In this document: piece by piece, positions 9,826 through 18,862 of the stretch
Numbering within the stretch: position 1 is the stretch's first letter
Layout: every line of letters begins with the position of its first letter
NCBI GenBank assembly: GCA_963774265.1
Contig: CAVZDU010000008.1
Location: 290,074 to 354,073, forward strand
DNA: 64,000 bases
Origin: an uncultured Chloroflexia bacterium
GTDB lineage: Bacteria; Chloroflexota; Anaerolineae; CG2-30-64-16
Reading direction: 5' to 3'
Notes under the pieces: model-generated
Told to the model about the DNA's origin: nothing
The model's database searches: none
Seen by the model: only the letters and a program-made list of their open reading frames with translations
Made by a program: the position numbers and the translations under genes

Positions 9826-10446
9826 ATGGCAGAGCAAACAACGCTCCAGGGAGAGTCAGTCGAACGCATCCGAGACATCATTTTCGGGCCCAAGATGCGC
9901 GATTACGAGCAGCGCTTTGACGCAGTGATGCGCGACTTAGCACGGCTGCAGCAGGACCTGGACCATCTGGGCGAGCAGCTTACTACGAAGGACGCGGCGC
10001 AGAACAAGAATCTACAAACCTTGCGCCAGGAGCTTCGCCAGGCGGACGGTGAGCTGCGTAATGAAGTGAAAGCCGAGGCAACTCGGCTGACGGGTCAACT
10101 TGCCGACCAGCACTCTTCGCACGCCAACGCGCTACAGGCGGCGCGTCAGGAGCTGCTGCAGGCGGATGACCTCATGCAAGCAGCGCTCAAGACCGATATG
10201 GAACAGCTCAACGGCACCTTAACAGATCACGAGACGGCACAAAAAAGCACGCTCCAGTCGCTTCGTCAGGAGTTGCGCAAGGCCGATGCCGATCTTCGGG
10301 AGGAATTACGCCAGGTGATGCAGCGGCTCACCGACGACAAGACCGACCGGAGCACATTGGGCGAGCTGTTCATCGAGTTGGGCAATCACGTTAAGAGCGG
10401 CGGCAGTCTGTCGGATCTCCTCCAGGGCCTGGAACAACCGGGCTGA
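9826..10446 (+). CDS. Coiled-coil protein with three 40-aa repeats
   Basis: Strong AAGGAGG RBS. LRQELRQAD, ARQELLQAD and LRQELRKAD recur at exactly 40-aa spacing. Confidence 0.8.
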   Translation: MAEQTTLQGESVERIRDIIFGPKMRDYEQRFDAVMRDLARLQQDLDHLGEQLTTKDAAQNKNLQTLRQELRQADGELRNEVKAEATRLTGQLADQHSSHANALQAARQELLQADDLMQAALKTDMEQLNGTLTDHETAQKSTLQSLRQELRKADADLREELRQVMQRLTDDKTDRSTLGELFIELGNHVKSGGSLSDLLQGLEQPG

Positions 10447-10451
10447 TCCGC

Positions 10452-11847
10452 GTGGACGCAGCACAGAAGGCGGAGCCCACGACCGACCGGATCGACGACG
10501 CGCTGCTGGATGACCTGCGCGCAATCGTCGCAGGCCCCGACCGGGAGCGCATGAGGCTGCTGGAGACACGCATCGCTGAAGTGGAGCACCGCACCGGTGA
10601 TCACGAAGCGTTGGTGGCTGCGGTCAGTCCCATCCTGGGCGACGCAATTCGGCGGCAGGTACGCGAAGATCGCGACGAGATGATCGAGTCGTTGTACCCG
10701 ATCATCGGTCAACTCATCGCGCGCGCGGTCGCAGAAGCTATTCGCGACTTGGCCCGCACCATCGATCGCCGGATGCGGACGTCGTTCAGCCCGGCTCTTT
10801 TCTTGCGGCGGCTCCGGGCGCGCGCGCGGGGCGTGTCAGGCGCTGAACTGGCCTTGCGCGATGCATTGCCCTTCCAGGTGACGGAGCTATTCCTGGTGCA
10901 CCGCGAAAGCGGGTTGTTGTTGCTGTACCTATCGCGGGAACAACCCCATCCCTCTGACGCGGAGGATAACTCGGATCTCGTTAGCAGCATGTTGACGGCG
11001 ATCCAGGATTTTGCTCAAGATGCGTTTGGTCAGGGCCAACAGGGAGGGCTGGACGAAATCCAGTACGGCAATCGCCGCATTCTGATCGAGGCATCCCAGC
11101 ATGTGTATCTGGCCGTGGTCGTCGATGGCGTCGAGCCGGCTGGGTTCCGCGCGAAGATACGGGAACGGGGCAGCGAGGTCGAGATTGCCTATCTCGAGGC
11201 TTTGGAACATTATAACGGCGACGCGTCTCAGTTTTCATCTGTGCGGCCTGCCCTGGCGGATCTTTTGGGCGAAGGCTCAAGCGAGAACCAGCCTGCAGGA
11301 CTGTCGCCCAATCAAAAACGCATCGCCGTGGGGCTGGCGGTCAGCGCTTACGCTCTGCCTTGGCGGCGCCTGTTTGGGTGGTGCAATCTTGGTGCGCAAT
11401 GTGCTGAAACGACCGGCCTATGTTGTCGTCGTAACAGCAACGCCCGGGCCAACCGACATATCAACGACTGCGCCAATGGTTACGACAGCCGCCACCGCGA
11501 CACATACGCCGACGGTCACAGCGACGGTCACAGCCTCGCCGACAGCGATACCTTCGCAGACGCCGGCGCAGGCTCCGACGCAGGCTCCGACGGCGACGCG
11601 AACGGCCGGACCACCGCCGTCCGCGCAGGTGATTGTGGTCGCTAATTTGCGTGCAGGTCCCGGTCTTTCTTCGCCGGTTCTCGGACAGGCCGCCGCGGGC
11701 AGCACATATACCGTGTTGGGTCGTGACGCAACGGGAGGCTGGTTGCAGATATGTTGCACGGCGCGCGGGGACACCGGCTGGCTCGCTGCAGCCCTGGCGA
11801 CCATCACTGGCAACATAGAGAGTGTGCCAATCGTGGCAGAGGAGTGA
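10452..11847 (+). CDS. Membrane protein: coiled coil + longin/roadblock-like domain + TM + Thr/Pro linker + SH3b-like domain (one frameshift near 11345)
   Basis: ORF 10452-11645 joined to ORF 11101-11847 gives a continuous TM segment (IAVGLAVSA/LTLCLGGACLGGAILV). C-terminal ANLRAGPG...YTVLGRD...GWL is SH3b-like. Confidence 0.75.
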
Positions 11848-11850
11848 CCC

Positions 11851-12369
11851 GTGGTCTCGCTCAACGCGAAGGTATGTCTGTTGGGAGATTATGCCGTCGG
11901 CAAAACGAGCCTGGTCCGGCGGTTCGTCTACAACCTGTTTGAGGACAAGTACTTGAGCACGATTGGCGTCAAGGTCAGCCGCAAGGTCGTGGCGGTGCCG
12001 CGGGGCGATGATGTAGTAGAACTAACTCTAATGCTCTGGGACTTGGCAGGCAGCGAGGAGTTTGACAAGTTGCGAGCCAGCTACTTGCGCGGCGCAGCCG
12101 GCGCACTGATCGTCTGTGACCTGACGCAGCGCAGCTCGCTGGATAGCATGCACGAATATGCCCGCCAGATGCGCGAGGTAAACCCTCGCGCCGCCGTAGT
12201 TCTCGCGGCCAACAAGCACGACCTTGTGGATCAGCGAACCATTCGCGAAGATGAAATCGCGGCGACCGCGGCAGAATTGGGGGCGCATTGTTTCATGACC
12301 AGCGCCAAGCTGGGTGTGACGGTCAACGAGGCGTTTCGTCATTTGGGACGTCTGACGGTGGGTGAGTAG
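11851..12369 (+). CDS. Rab-like small GTPase (Ras superfamily, prokaryotic Rup-type)
   Basis: G1 GDYAVGKTS, G2 STIGV, G3 WDLAG, G4 NKHD, G5 TSAK. 172 aa, stand-alone. Confidence 0.93.
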   Translation: MVSLNAKVCLLGDYAVGKTSLVRRFVYNLFEDKYLSTIGVKVSRKVVAVPRGDDVVELTLMLWDLAGSEEFDKLRASYLRGAAGALIVCDLTQRSSLDSMHEYARQMREVNPRAAVVLAANKHDLVDQRTIREDEIAATAAELGAHCFMTSAKLGVTVNEAFRHLGRLTVGE

Positions 12370-13600
12370 TCGGAGGACTGCTGTGCAGGACTGGGAACCG
12401 TCCCCGGCAGGGGATCCGTGTGCAAGCGGCCAGATGGTGTTGCAGGACCGGCGTATCGCTTACGCTGTCACAGACTGCGCGCTCCGCGTCCGCCAGGTGA
12501 GCGTCTCGCTCAGCATTCTTCAGAATGGCGACGACACTTGGCTGGGCAAGTACCTCCTGGACCTGGTCCCAGAGTTGATCGGCAGCGAAAACGCGCTGGA
12601 GCAGATTCTTGCCGGCACACTGCCGCGGCTGGAGATCCCATGGGTCAATCGTGATGGCGAAGGAGAGAAAACCTGCTACCTCACTCTGGTTGACCTGCCA
12701 TGCCGCGATACTACAGGCGCCATCATCGGTGTGATCCACGTCATCCAGGACGTGACCGAGGGGGGCGTGCTGGAGCAAAGACTGATGCAGCACCGAAACG
12801 ATCTGCGCTTGCTGGAGAAGGCACAGCGCGAGCAGAACGTCCGATTGCTGGCCGCAAACGCTGAGCTCCGCCGTCTGGATGAGGCAAAATCCGCTTTTGT
12901 CTCCGTCGCCGCGCACGAACTCCGCACACCGCTTGCCTCGATTACAGGTTACGTTGAAATGCTTCTCGATGGGGATGCCGGACCGCTCAATACGCAGCAG
13001 ACCGAGTATCTCGGCACAATCGATGCCAGCTCACAGCGGCTCTTGCGGATCACGCGCGATCTGCTCGATATGGCGCGCATCGAATCTGGGCGGCTGGAGC
13101 TACTGCTGCAGACCGTCGATCTGAAAGATCTCCTTGCCGAGGTCGCGGTTGAGCAGATGCCTCAGCTTGAGGCCCGTTCCCAACAGATCCATCTGATCGC
13201 CCCGGACGATGTGCCATTTGCCCTGGTCGATCCCCATCGAACGGCGCAGATCATCGGCAACCTCGTCAGCAATGCCAGCAAGTACGCGCCGTTGGGCACA
13301 TCGATCACCATGGATCTCGGAGAAGACATGGACGAGCCCGGTTTTCTGCGTGTTGCCGTCACGAACGAAGGCAATGGGATATCACCGGAAGACCAGGATC
13401 TTCTATTTCGACCTTTCTTTCGCGGCGCCAGTGCGGAGATCACCGGCGCACCGGGCACCGGTCTCGGCCTGTACATCGCAAAGTCGTTGGTGGAGTTGCA
13501 CGGCGGCCGCATCACCCTGGAAAGCAAGCCCGGCGCAGGAGCTACGTTTTTCGCTACCTTCCCCATGGCGCTCGGCACACCCCTCACCATAGCCTCTTAG
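12362..13600 (+). CDS. Cytoplasmic PAS-domain sensor histidine kinase
   Basis: PAS-like N-terminus, coiled coil, H-box AAHELRTPL, N-box NLVSNASKY, G-boxes GNGI and GTGLGL. No TM segment. Start codon uncertain. Confidence 0.9.
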   Translation: MSSRRTAVQDWEPSPAGDPCASGQMVLQDRRIAYAVTDCALRVRQVSVSLSILQNGDDTWLGKYLLDLVPELIGSENALEQILAGTLPRLEIPWVNRDGEGEKTCYLTLVDLPCRDTTGAIIGVIHVIQDVTEGGVLEQRLMQHRNDLRLLEKAQREQNVRLLAANAELRRLDEAKSAFVSVAAHELRTPLASITGYVEMLLDGDAGPLNTQQTEYLGTIDASSQRLLRITRDLLDMARIESGRLELLLQTVDLKDLLAEVAVEQMPQLEARSQQIHLIAPDDVPFALVDPHRTAQIIGNLVSNASKYAPLGTSITMDLGEDMDEPGFLRVAVTNEGNGISPEDQDLLFRPFFRGASAEITGAPGTGLGLYIAKSLVELHGGRITLESKPGAGATFFATFPMALGTPLTIAS

Positions 13601-13687
13601 GTGTCCGACTGTGTAATGTAAGTCGTAATCCCTGTGCGGTACAATTATTTGAAATAGGATGGCCTGTTGTTCGCACAGGGAGGAATA

Positions 13688-14089
13688 ATGGCGGTGGTGA
13701 TGGCCAAGCTCCATGGCGTGGAGCGCGGTCTCGAATCGAAGCTAAAGACCAAGGGTGTCAAGGACTCGGAAGACCTGTTGGCACGCTGCAAGACGCAGAA
13801 GGATGTACAGGCATTTGCGGAGGAAGTCGATGTAGACTTCGAGACCCTGAACCGCCTGGTACACCGGGCGCACCTGGCTCGAATTCGGGGCATCGGCGAG
13901 GCATACACCATACTACTGGAGGCCGCCGGCGTAAAGACGTTGAGCGATCTGGCGGTTAAAGCGCCTGATGAACTGCACACGCAGTTTGAGCAGATCAACC
14001 AGGAGCGAAAAATCGTCGGTCGTGTGCCCGCACTGGCCATGGTCAACGGATGGGTAGCGAAGGCACAGAGACTGCCACACCATAACTGA
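13688..14089 (+). CDS. DUF4332-like helix-hairpin-helix protein
   Basis: LARIRGIGEAYTILLEAAGVKTLSDLA...VGRVP...VNGWV. GGAGG RBS. Confidence 0.75.
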   Translation: MAVVMAKLHGVERGLESKLKTKGVKDSEDLLARCKTQKDVQAFAEEVDVDFETLNRLVHRAHLARIRGIGEAYTILLEAAGVKTLSDLAVKAPDELHTQFEQINQERKIVGRVPALAMVNGWVAKAQRLPHHN

Positions 14090-14106
14090 AGGCCTGCACC
14101 TTCATC

Positions 14107-14156
14107 ATAGCGCAGCTTCCAGCCTGCCCATTTGGACAGGCCGGAAGCTGCGCTAT
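14107..14156. terminator. Hairpin between convergent genes
   Basis: ATAGCGCAGCTTCC...GGAAGCTGCGCTAT, with an extended imperfect inner stem. Confidence 0.6.
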
Positions 14157-14497
14157 TTTGTTGCCAGGAAGTAGACCGCGCCGTCGGCTCCGGCCATGAT
14201 GCCGTGCAGCATTCCTTGGGGCATTTCGATGCGATCGCCGGGCATCAGTTCGATCAGTCGTGCATCGGCTGGCAGCACGACGGTCAGGCTGCCTTCAATG
14301 ACCCACATGGTTTCAGGATAGATGTGCGCATGCGGCGGGTAGCCCGTGGCCGGTTCCGTGCGCCATAACACCACGCCATGTCCCTCGGCCGCCAGGCGAC
14401 CACGGATGCTTTCTTCAGTCGGCCTGCCCGGTCCCTCCCACAGCACCACTCGAACGGCAGGCTTTGGAAACTTCGGAAATCGCAGCGCCTCACCCAT
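14153..14497 (-). CDS. Cupin-domain protein
   Basis: YPPHAH-x-YPE...VIEGSL...LMPGDRIEMPQGMLH. Confidence 0.8.
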   Translation of the reverse strand: MGEALRFPKFPKPAVRVVLWEGPGRPTEESIRGRLAAEGHGVVLWRTEPATGYPPHAHIYPETMWVIEGSLTVVLPADARLIELMPGDRIEMPQGMLHGIMAGADGAVYFLATK

Positions 14498-14501
14498 CTC
14501 G

Positions 14502-16487
14502 CTACCCTATCTCTGCCAGAACCCGTCCCATTTGTGGGGTGGCATACCCTCCGAGCGCCTTGACGCGCACGGCAAACGCCTCGTCTCGAATAATAGACAG
14601 AACCGGTTCAAGCGCGCCACTCTGATAGGCCCACGCTGGAATGACCAGATCATATTGCTCCTGGTCCATTGGAATGAAATCGAGGCCAAGGGCCCGTGCC
14701 GCCGCCAGGATGCCCAAACCGCAGTCCGCCGCACCGGAAGCCACGGCCGCCGCCACCGTCAGATGGGTAAATTCCTGCCGATCGTAACCCTGGATCGCCG
14801 TTGGACTAATCCCGGATTGGCGTAAGCGGAAGTCCAACAGCACGCGAGTGCCGGCCCCTCGTTGTCGATTGATGAAAATCACATCGGACCGGGTCAGATC
14901 TGCCAGGGAATGGATGCCCTTTGGGTTCCTCTTGGGAACGATCAATCCCTGCTCGCGTTGGACAAATCCAAGTAGGATGACCTTTGTCTGCGGCAACACG
15001 CGGCGGATGTAGGAGATGTTGTACGCCCCGGTCTCCTCATCCAGCAGATGCGATCCAGCAAAATGAGCCTCTCCTCGGCTGAGCGCAAGCAGTCCGCCCA
15101 GGCTGCCCACATTCGCGGACGACAGGCCGCGGCCAGGAAAGCGTTGCCCGAGCTCGTCAGCCAGGAGGTCCAATGTCAGATCGTGACTGCCGATGGCGAC
15201 GACCGTACGCCGGACATTCTCAACCGGCTTAAGCAGGTTCACAGTGATCACCGCGCCCGGTTCGAAGCCCTGCACGCCTCGCGGGATTCGCACCATCCCG
15301 TCGGCGCGCACTAATGACATCAGCACCCCTGAACCACCAGGTAATGGAGTTGCTACGACCCGATCGCCCACCTGGCCGACTGTCACGCGGAGGTACTCTT
15401 CCTCGCCCTCGGGACTGACCACCTTGCGCGTCAGCGTGGCCTCCAGGGTGGGCCGCTCTGCAACCGGCCGGCCAAGCCAGTGCGCCAGGGTCGGCTTAAC
15501 CAGCAATTCACAAGTCACCGCTGCGCTGACCGGGTAGCCCGGCAGCCCGATAACCGGCGTCCAGCGCTCAACCGACCCATCCCCGTGCGCGACATGACCC
15601 GTGAGGCGGATCAGGCCCAGGATGACGGGGTGGCCGGGTCGGATGGCGATACCATGCACTAGTAACCGGCCGAGTTCCTGGACGATTCGTGCCGTAAAAT
15701 CCTCTGATCCCGCGGATGAGCCCGCGTTCACGATCACCAAGTCGTGGGTTCGAGCCGCGCCCAACACCTGATTCCGGATAGCCGCATAGTCGTCGGGCAA
15801 CATGGGTAACCGGGTCACCTCGCCGCCCCACTCGCGCACCATCGCACCCAACATGAGTGAGTTGTATTCGACAATATCACCCGGCTTCAGCGCCGCGCCG
15901 GGCGCGACCAACTCAGTGCCGGTGGGCAAAATAGCCACGCGCGGCCTACGGCGAACATTGACGGAGGCATGACCCGATCCAGCCGCGGCGCCAAGGTCCT
16001 GGGGACGCAGCGCATGATTGGCGGGCAGAATGAGCTCAGTCGCCACCATATCCTCTCCCATCGGCCGCACGTGCTGCCAGGGTGCGACCGGGGCGAGGAT
16101 CTCGATCTGCTGGCCTTCATCACCCCCGCTGAGCTGGACGTCTTCGATCATGATCACAGCATTAGCGCCGCCCGGCAAGGGATCTCCGGTGTCAACATAG
16201 AAAGCGTCGCGGCCTACGCGAAGACGAATCGGCCTGGTTTCGCTGGCGCCGCGTGTGCGTTCGGCCAGGACAGCATAGCCGTCCATGGCCGACGCATGGT
16301 AGTGGGGCGATGAAATGGCCGCCCACACCGGCTCGGCTGTCACCCGACCCGCCGCTTCTTCCAGCGAAACCTTTTCGCCCGGCATGAGCCGCGCCAGCCC
16401 GACATCATCCAGCGCGGCCCACCAGCGTTCGAGTGCTTGGGACAGAGGAATATCTTCGAGGTACGGAGAGTGCGAATGACCCGCCAA
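14502..16487 (-). CDS. moeA: Molybdopterin molybdenumtransferase MoeA fused to a PBP (substrate-binding) domain
   Basis: SAMDGYAV, DTGDPLP, PTGTEL, IRPGHP, GLPGYPVS. C-terminal GSHD, VGSLGGL, INRQRGAGTR. TTG start after AAGGAG. Confidence 0.9.
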   Translation of the reverse strand: MAGHSHSPYLEDIPLSQALERWWAALDDVGLARLMPGEKVSLEEAAGRVTAEPVWAAISSPHYHASAMDGYAVLAERTRGASETRPIRLRVGRDAFYVDTGDPLPGGANAVIMIEDVQLSGGDEGQQIEILAPVAPWQHVRPMGEDMVATELILPANHALRPQDLGAAAGSGHASVNVRRRPRVAILPTGTELVAPGAALKPGDIVEYNSLMLGAMVREWGGEVTRLPMLPDDYAAIRNQVLGAARTHDLVIVNAGSSAGSEDFTARIVQELGRLLVHGIAIRPGHPVILGLIRLTGHVAHGDGSVERWTPVIGLPGYPVSAAVTCELLVKPTLAHWLGRPVAERPTLEATLTRKVVSPEGEEEYLRVTVGQVGDRVVATPLPGGSGVLMSLVRADGMVRIPRGVQGFEPGAVITVNLLKPVENVRRTVVAIGSHDLTLDLLADELGQRFPGRGLSSANVGSLGGLLALSRGEAHFAGSHLLDEETGAYNISYIRRVLPQTKVILLGFVQREQGLIVPKRNPKGIHSLADLTRSDVIFINRQRGAGTRVLLDFRLRQSGISPTAIQGYDRQEFTHLTVAAAVASGAADCGLGILAAARALGLDFIPMDQEQYDLVIPAWAYQSGALEPVLSIIRDEAFAVRVKALGGYATPQMGRVLAEIG

Positions 16488-16656
16488 CGCTGACTCCTTG
16501 AGTAGACAGTGGTTGCCTGCTTCTTTCACGGAGTATAGCATAAAAACTGACTTGAAAGATAGGTGCACTTGCGCCTAAAATGTGATACAATATGTTGGTA
16601 GCTAGACTCCCGAATTTCACAGCGCAGTTCCCAAAAAGGGAAGAAAGGCGGTTCAC

Positions 16657-18705
16657 ATGCAGGGACATCGCTTATTACGGACCGTCGCGGTCCTGATCCT
16701 GATCGTGGCTCTGGTGTACCTTGTGCTGGCCATTGTGGCCACGGCCTGGCTGGGCGGTCGCGGTTTTGGCTCGGGTTGGGGCACAGGCTGGAGCGGCTGG
16801 CTGGTGATTCCGCTGGCCGGGGGTGCGATCCTCGCGGCGTTGAGTCTCCTGGTGTTCGGGCTCATGCTCTTTTTCCTGGCCAGGATCGACGATAACCTCG
16901 CACAAGCACAGCTACAACGAAAGCCTGATGCGGCGCGGCCCAAGGTGGCCCCTATGGCCCCCGCCGAGACGGTTGTCGTCCCGGCTGCAGCAGAGGCTAT
17001 CGAAGCACCTCCTGCTGTGGCTGCTGCAGCGCCTGCGGTTGCCGCGCTCGCAGTCGACCGGGTCATGGAAGCCGAGCTCCCCAAAACCCCGGACGCCCCA
17101 CCGCTGCATGTCGAGGTAGAAAAGCCTGGCTTTGTTGAGCTACCGCGGGTTGAGGCGGCCCTGCCCGAGCGCGAGTTGCCGGAAGTCGAGCTGCCGGCGG
17201 TTGAGGCGGCCCTGCCCGAGGTCGAGCTGCCAGCAGTCCGGCTGCCAGAGGTCGAGGTAACGGAGGTTGAGGCGGTCCTGCCCGAGGTCGAGCTGCCAGC
17301 AGTCCGGCTGCCAGAGGTCGAGGTAACGGAGGTTGAGGCGGTCCTGCCCGAGGTCGAGCTGCCAGAAGTCCGGCTGCCGGAAGTCGAGTTGCCAGCGGTT
17401 GAGGCGGCTCTGCCTGAAGTCGAACTCCCGGAAGTCAGGCTGCCGGAAGTCGACTTGCCAGCGATTGAGGCAACCCTGCCCGAGATCGAGCTGCCAGAAG
17501 TCCGGCTGCCCGAGGTCGGGCTGCCGGCAGTTGAGGCGGCTCTGCCTGAAGTCGAACTCCCGGAAGTCCGACTGCCGGAAGTCGAGTTGCCAGCAGTTGA
17601 GGCGGCCTTGCCCGAGGTCGAGCTGCCAGAAGTCCGGATGCCGGAAGTCGAGTTGCCGCAAGTTGAGACAACCCTGCCCGAGATCGAGCTGCCAGAAGTC
17701 CGGCTGCCCGAGGTCGGGCTGCCGGCAGTTGAGGCGGCTCTGCCTGAAGTCGAACTCCCGGAAGTCCGACTGCCGGAAGTCGACTTGCCAGCGATTGAGG
17801 CAACCCTGCCCGAGATCGAGCTGCCGGAGATTCGACTGCCGGAAGTCGAGTTGCCAGCAGTTGAGGCGGCTCTGCCGGGAGTCGAGCTGCCGGAGGTCCG
17901 GCTGCCGGAAGTCGAGTTGCCGGCAGTTGAGGCAGCTCTGCCTGAAGTCGAACTCCCGGAAGTCAGGCTGCCGGAAGTCGAGTTGCCAGCGATTGAACTG
18001 CCCCAGGCTGAGGCCACTTTCGCGGAACTCGAGGTGCCCGAAGTCAAATTCCCTGAGGTCGAGTTACCTGCGGCTGAACTGCCCCAGGCCGAGGCGACCT
18101 TCGCCGAACTCGAGGTGCCGGAAATCAGGCTCCCCGAAGTGGAACTGCCGGAGGTTGAGGCAACCCTGCCCGAGGCCGAGCTGCCAGCGGCAATCGAGGC
18201 TGAACCATCGCCGGGCACTTTGGCCATGCCGAAAGACGAGAACGAGATGGTGTCCTTGCGCGACGAGGTCGCGTCACTGCGCGCGCTCCTCGCCCAGTTG
18301 CAATCGCAAGCAGGCCAACCTCCCGCGGCCGAGGCGTCCGCCGAACCGCCGGTGACCTCCCCTGATGCAAGCGCCAGCAAACTGCCTGGCGCCGATGATA
18401 TTGCGCGCATCGCGGCTGAGATGGCGGCTATCACACCCAGACGAACCACCGAGGCGCCCCTGGATCTTTCCCAGACCCCGCGACCAGGGCAGAAGCGCAC
18501 CGCATCGGGCGGGGATCAACTGGAGATCATCATGGGCGTCGGCCCCATTTACGCCAAGCGGCTGCGCGAGGTCGGGATCACTACATATCAACAACTGGCC
18601 GAAGCGTCCTATGAAGTGCTCGATAAGGTCACTCGCGGCAACCTTGAACGCGTGATCAAGGAAGACTGGCGGGGCCAGGCGCGGCGTCTCATGAACCGCA
18701 CATAG
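16657..18705 (+). CDS. Membrane-anchored acidic repeat protein with C-terminal helix-hairpin-helix domain
   Basis: Two N-terminal TM helices, ~350 aa of LPEVE/LPEVR repeats, a short coiled coil, and LEIIMGVGPIYAKRLREVGITTYQQLA. Confidence 0.8.
   Translation: MQGHRLLRTVAVLILIVALVYLVLAIVATAWLGGRGFGSGWGTGWSGWLVIPLAGGAILAALSLLVFGLMLFFLARIDDNLAQAQLQRKPDAARPKVAPMAPAETVVVPAAAEAIEAPPAVAAAAPAVAALAVDRVMEAELPKTPDAPPLHVEVEKPGFVELPRVEAALPERELPEVELPAVEAALPEVELPAVRLPEVEVTEVEAVLPEVELPAVRLPEVEVTEVEAVLPEVELPEVRLPEVELPAVEAALPEVELPEVRLPEVDLPAIEATLPEIELPEVRLPEVGLPAVEAALPEVELPEVRLPEVELPAVEAALPEVELPEVRMPEVELPQVETTLPEIELPEVRLPEVGLPAVEAALPEVELPEVRLPEVDLPAIEATLPEIELPEIRLPEVELPAVEAALPGVELPEVRLPEVELPAVEAALPEVELPEVRLPEVELPAIELPQAEATFAELEVPEVKFPEVELPAAELPQAEATFAELEVPEIRLPEVELPEVEATLPEAELPAAIEAEPSPGTLAMPKDENEMVSLRDEVASLRALLAQLQSQAGQPPAAEASAEPPVTSPDASASKLPGADDIARIAAEMAAITPRRTTEAPLDLSQTPRPGQKRTASGGDQLEIIMGVGPIYAKRLREVGITTYQQLAEASYEVLDKVTRGNLERVIKEDWRGQARRLMNRT
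17134..18190 (+). repeat. Coding tandem repeat, 66-bp (22-aa) unit, about 15 copies
   Basis: Unit is approximately EAALPEVELPEVRLPEVELPAV. An identical 115-nt block occurs at 17471 and 17669 (offset 198 = 3 x 66). Confidence 0.9.
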
Positions 18706-18730
18706 CAGCATATTCATCTTCTCCACCTTG

Positions 18731-18784
18731 TGTAGGGACGGGGTCCCCTCGCCCGGAGCGGGCGGGAAAGACCCCGTCCCTACA
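18731..18784. repeat. GTAG-type REP-like palindrome
   Basis: Perfect 15-bp arms TGTAGGGACGGGGTC and GACCCCGTCCCTACA, intergenic. Confidence 0.7.
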
Positions 18785-18862
18785 TTTAACGCGCCCAAAA
18801 TGGAAGGAAACGCCGTTCTGAGGTATAATAAGCGGTGAGTTGCCTACACGCCAAGGAGCGGT

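Noticed and set aside
17134-18190. Possible CRISPR array
   Set aside because: Repeats are contiguous, in frame and degenerate at codon positions, with no unique spacers and no cas genes.
16653-18500. 615-aa Ser/Thr/Gly-rich antisense ORF and 340-aa Cys/Arg-rich alternate-frame ORF
   Set aside because: Shadow frames of the 66-bp coding repeat. The plus-strand frame has TM helices and a recognisable C-terminal domain.
18807-18818. LexA-like site GAAA-CGCC-GTTC in the gyrA promoter
   Set aside because: One mismatch in the core and no independent support; could be chance.
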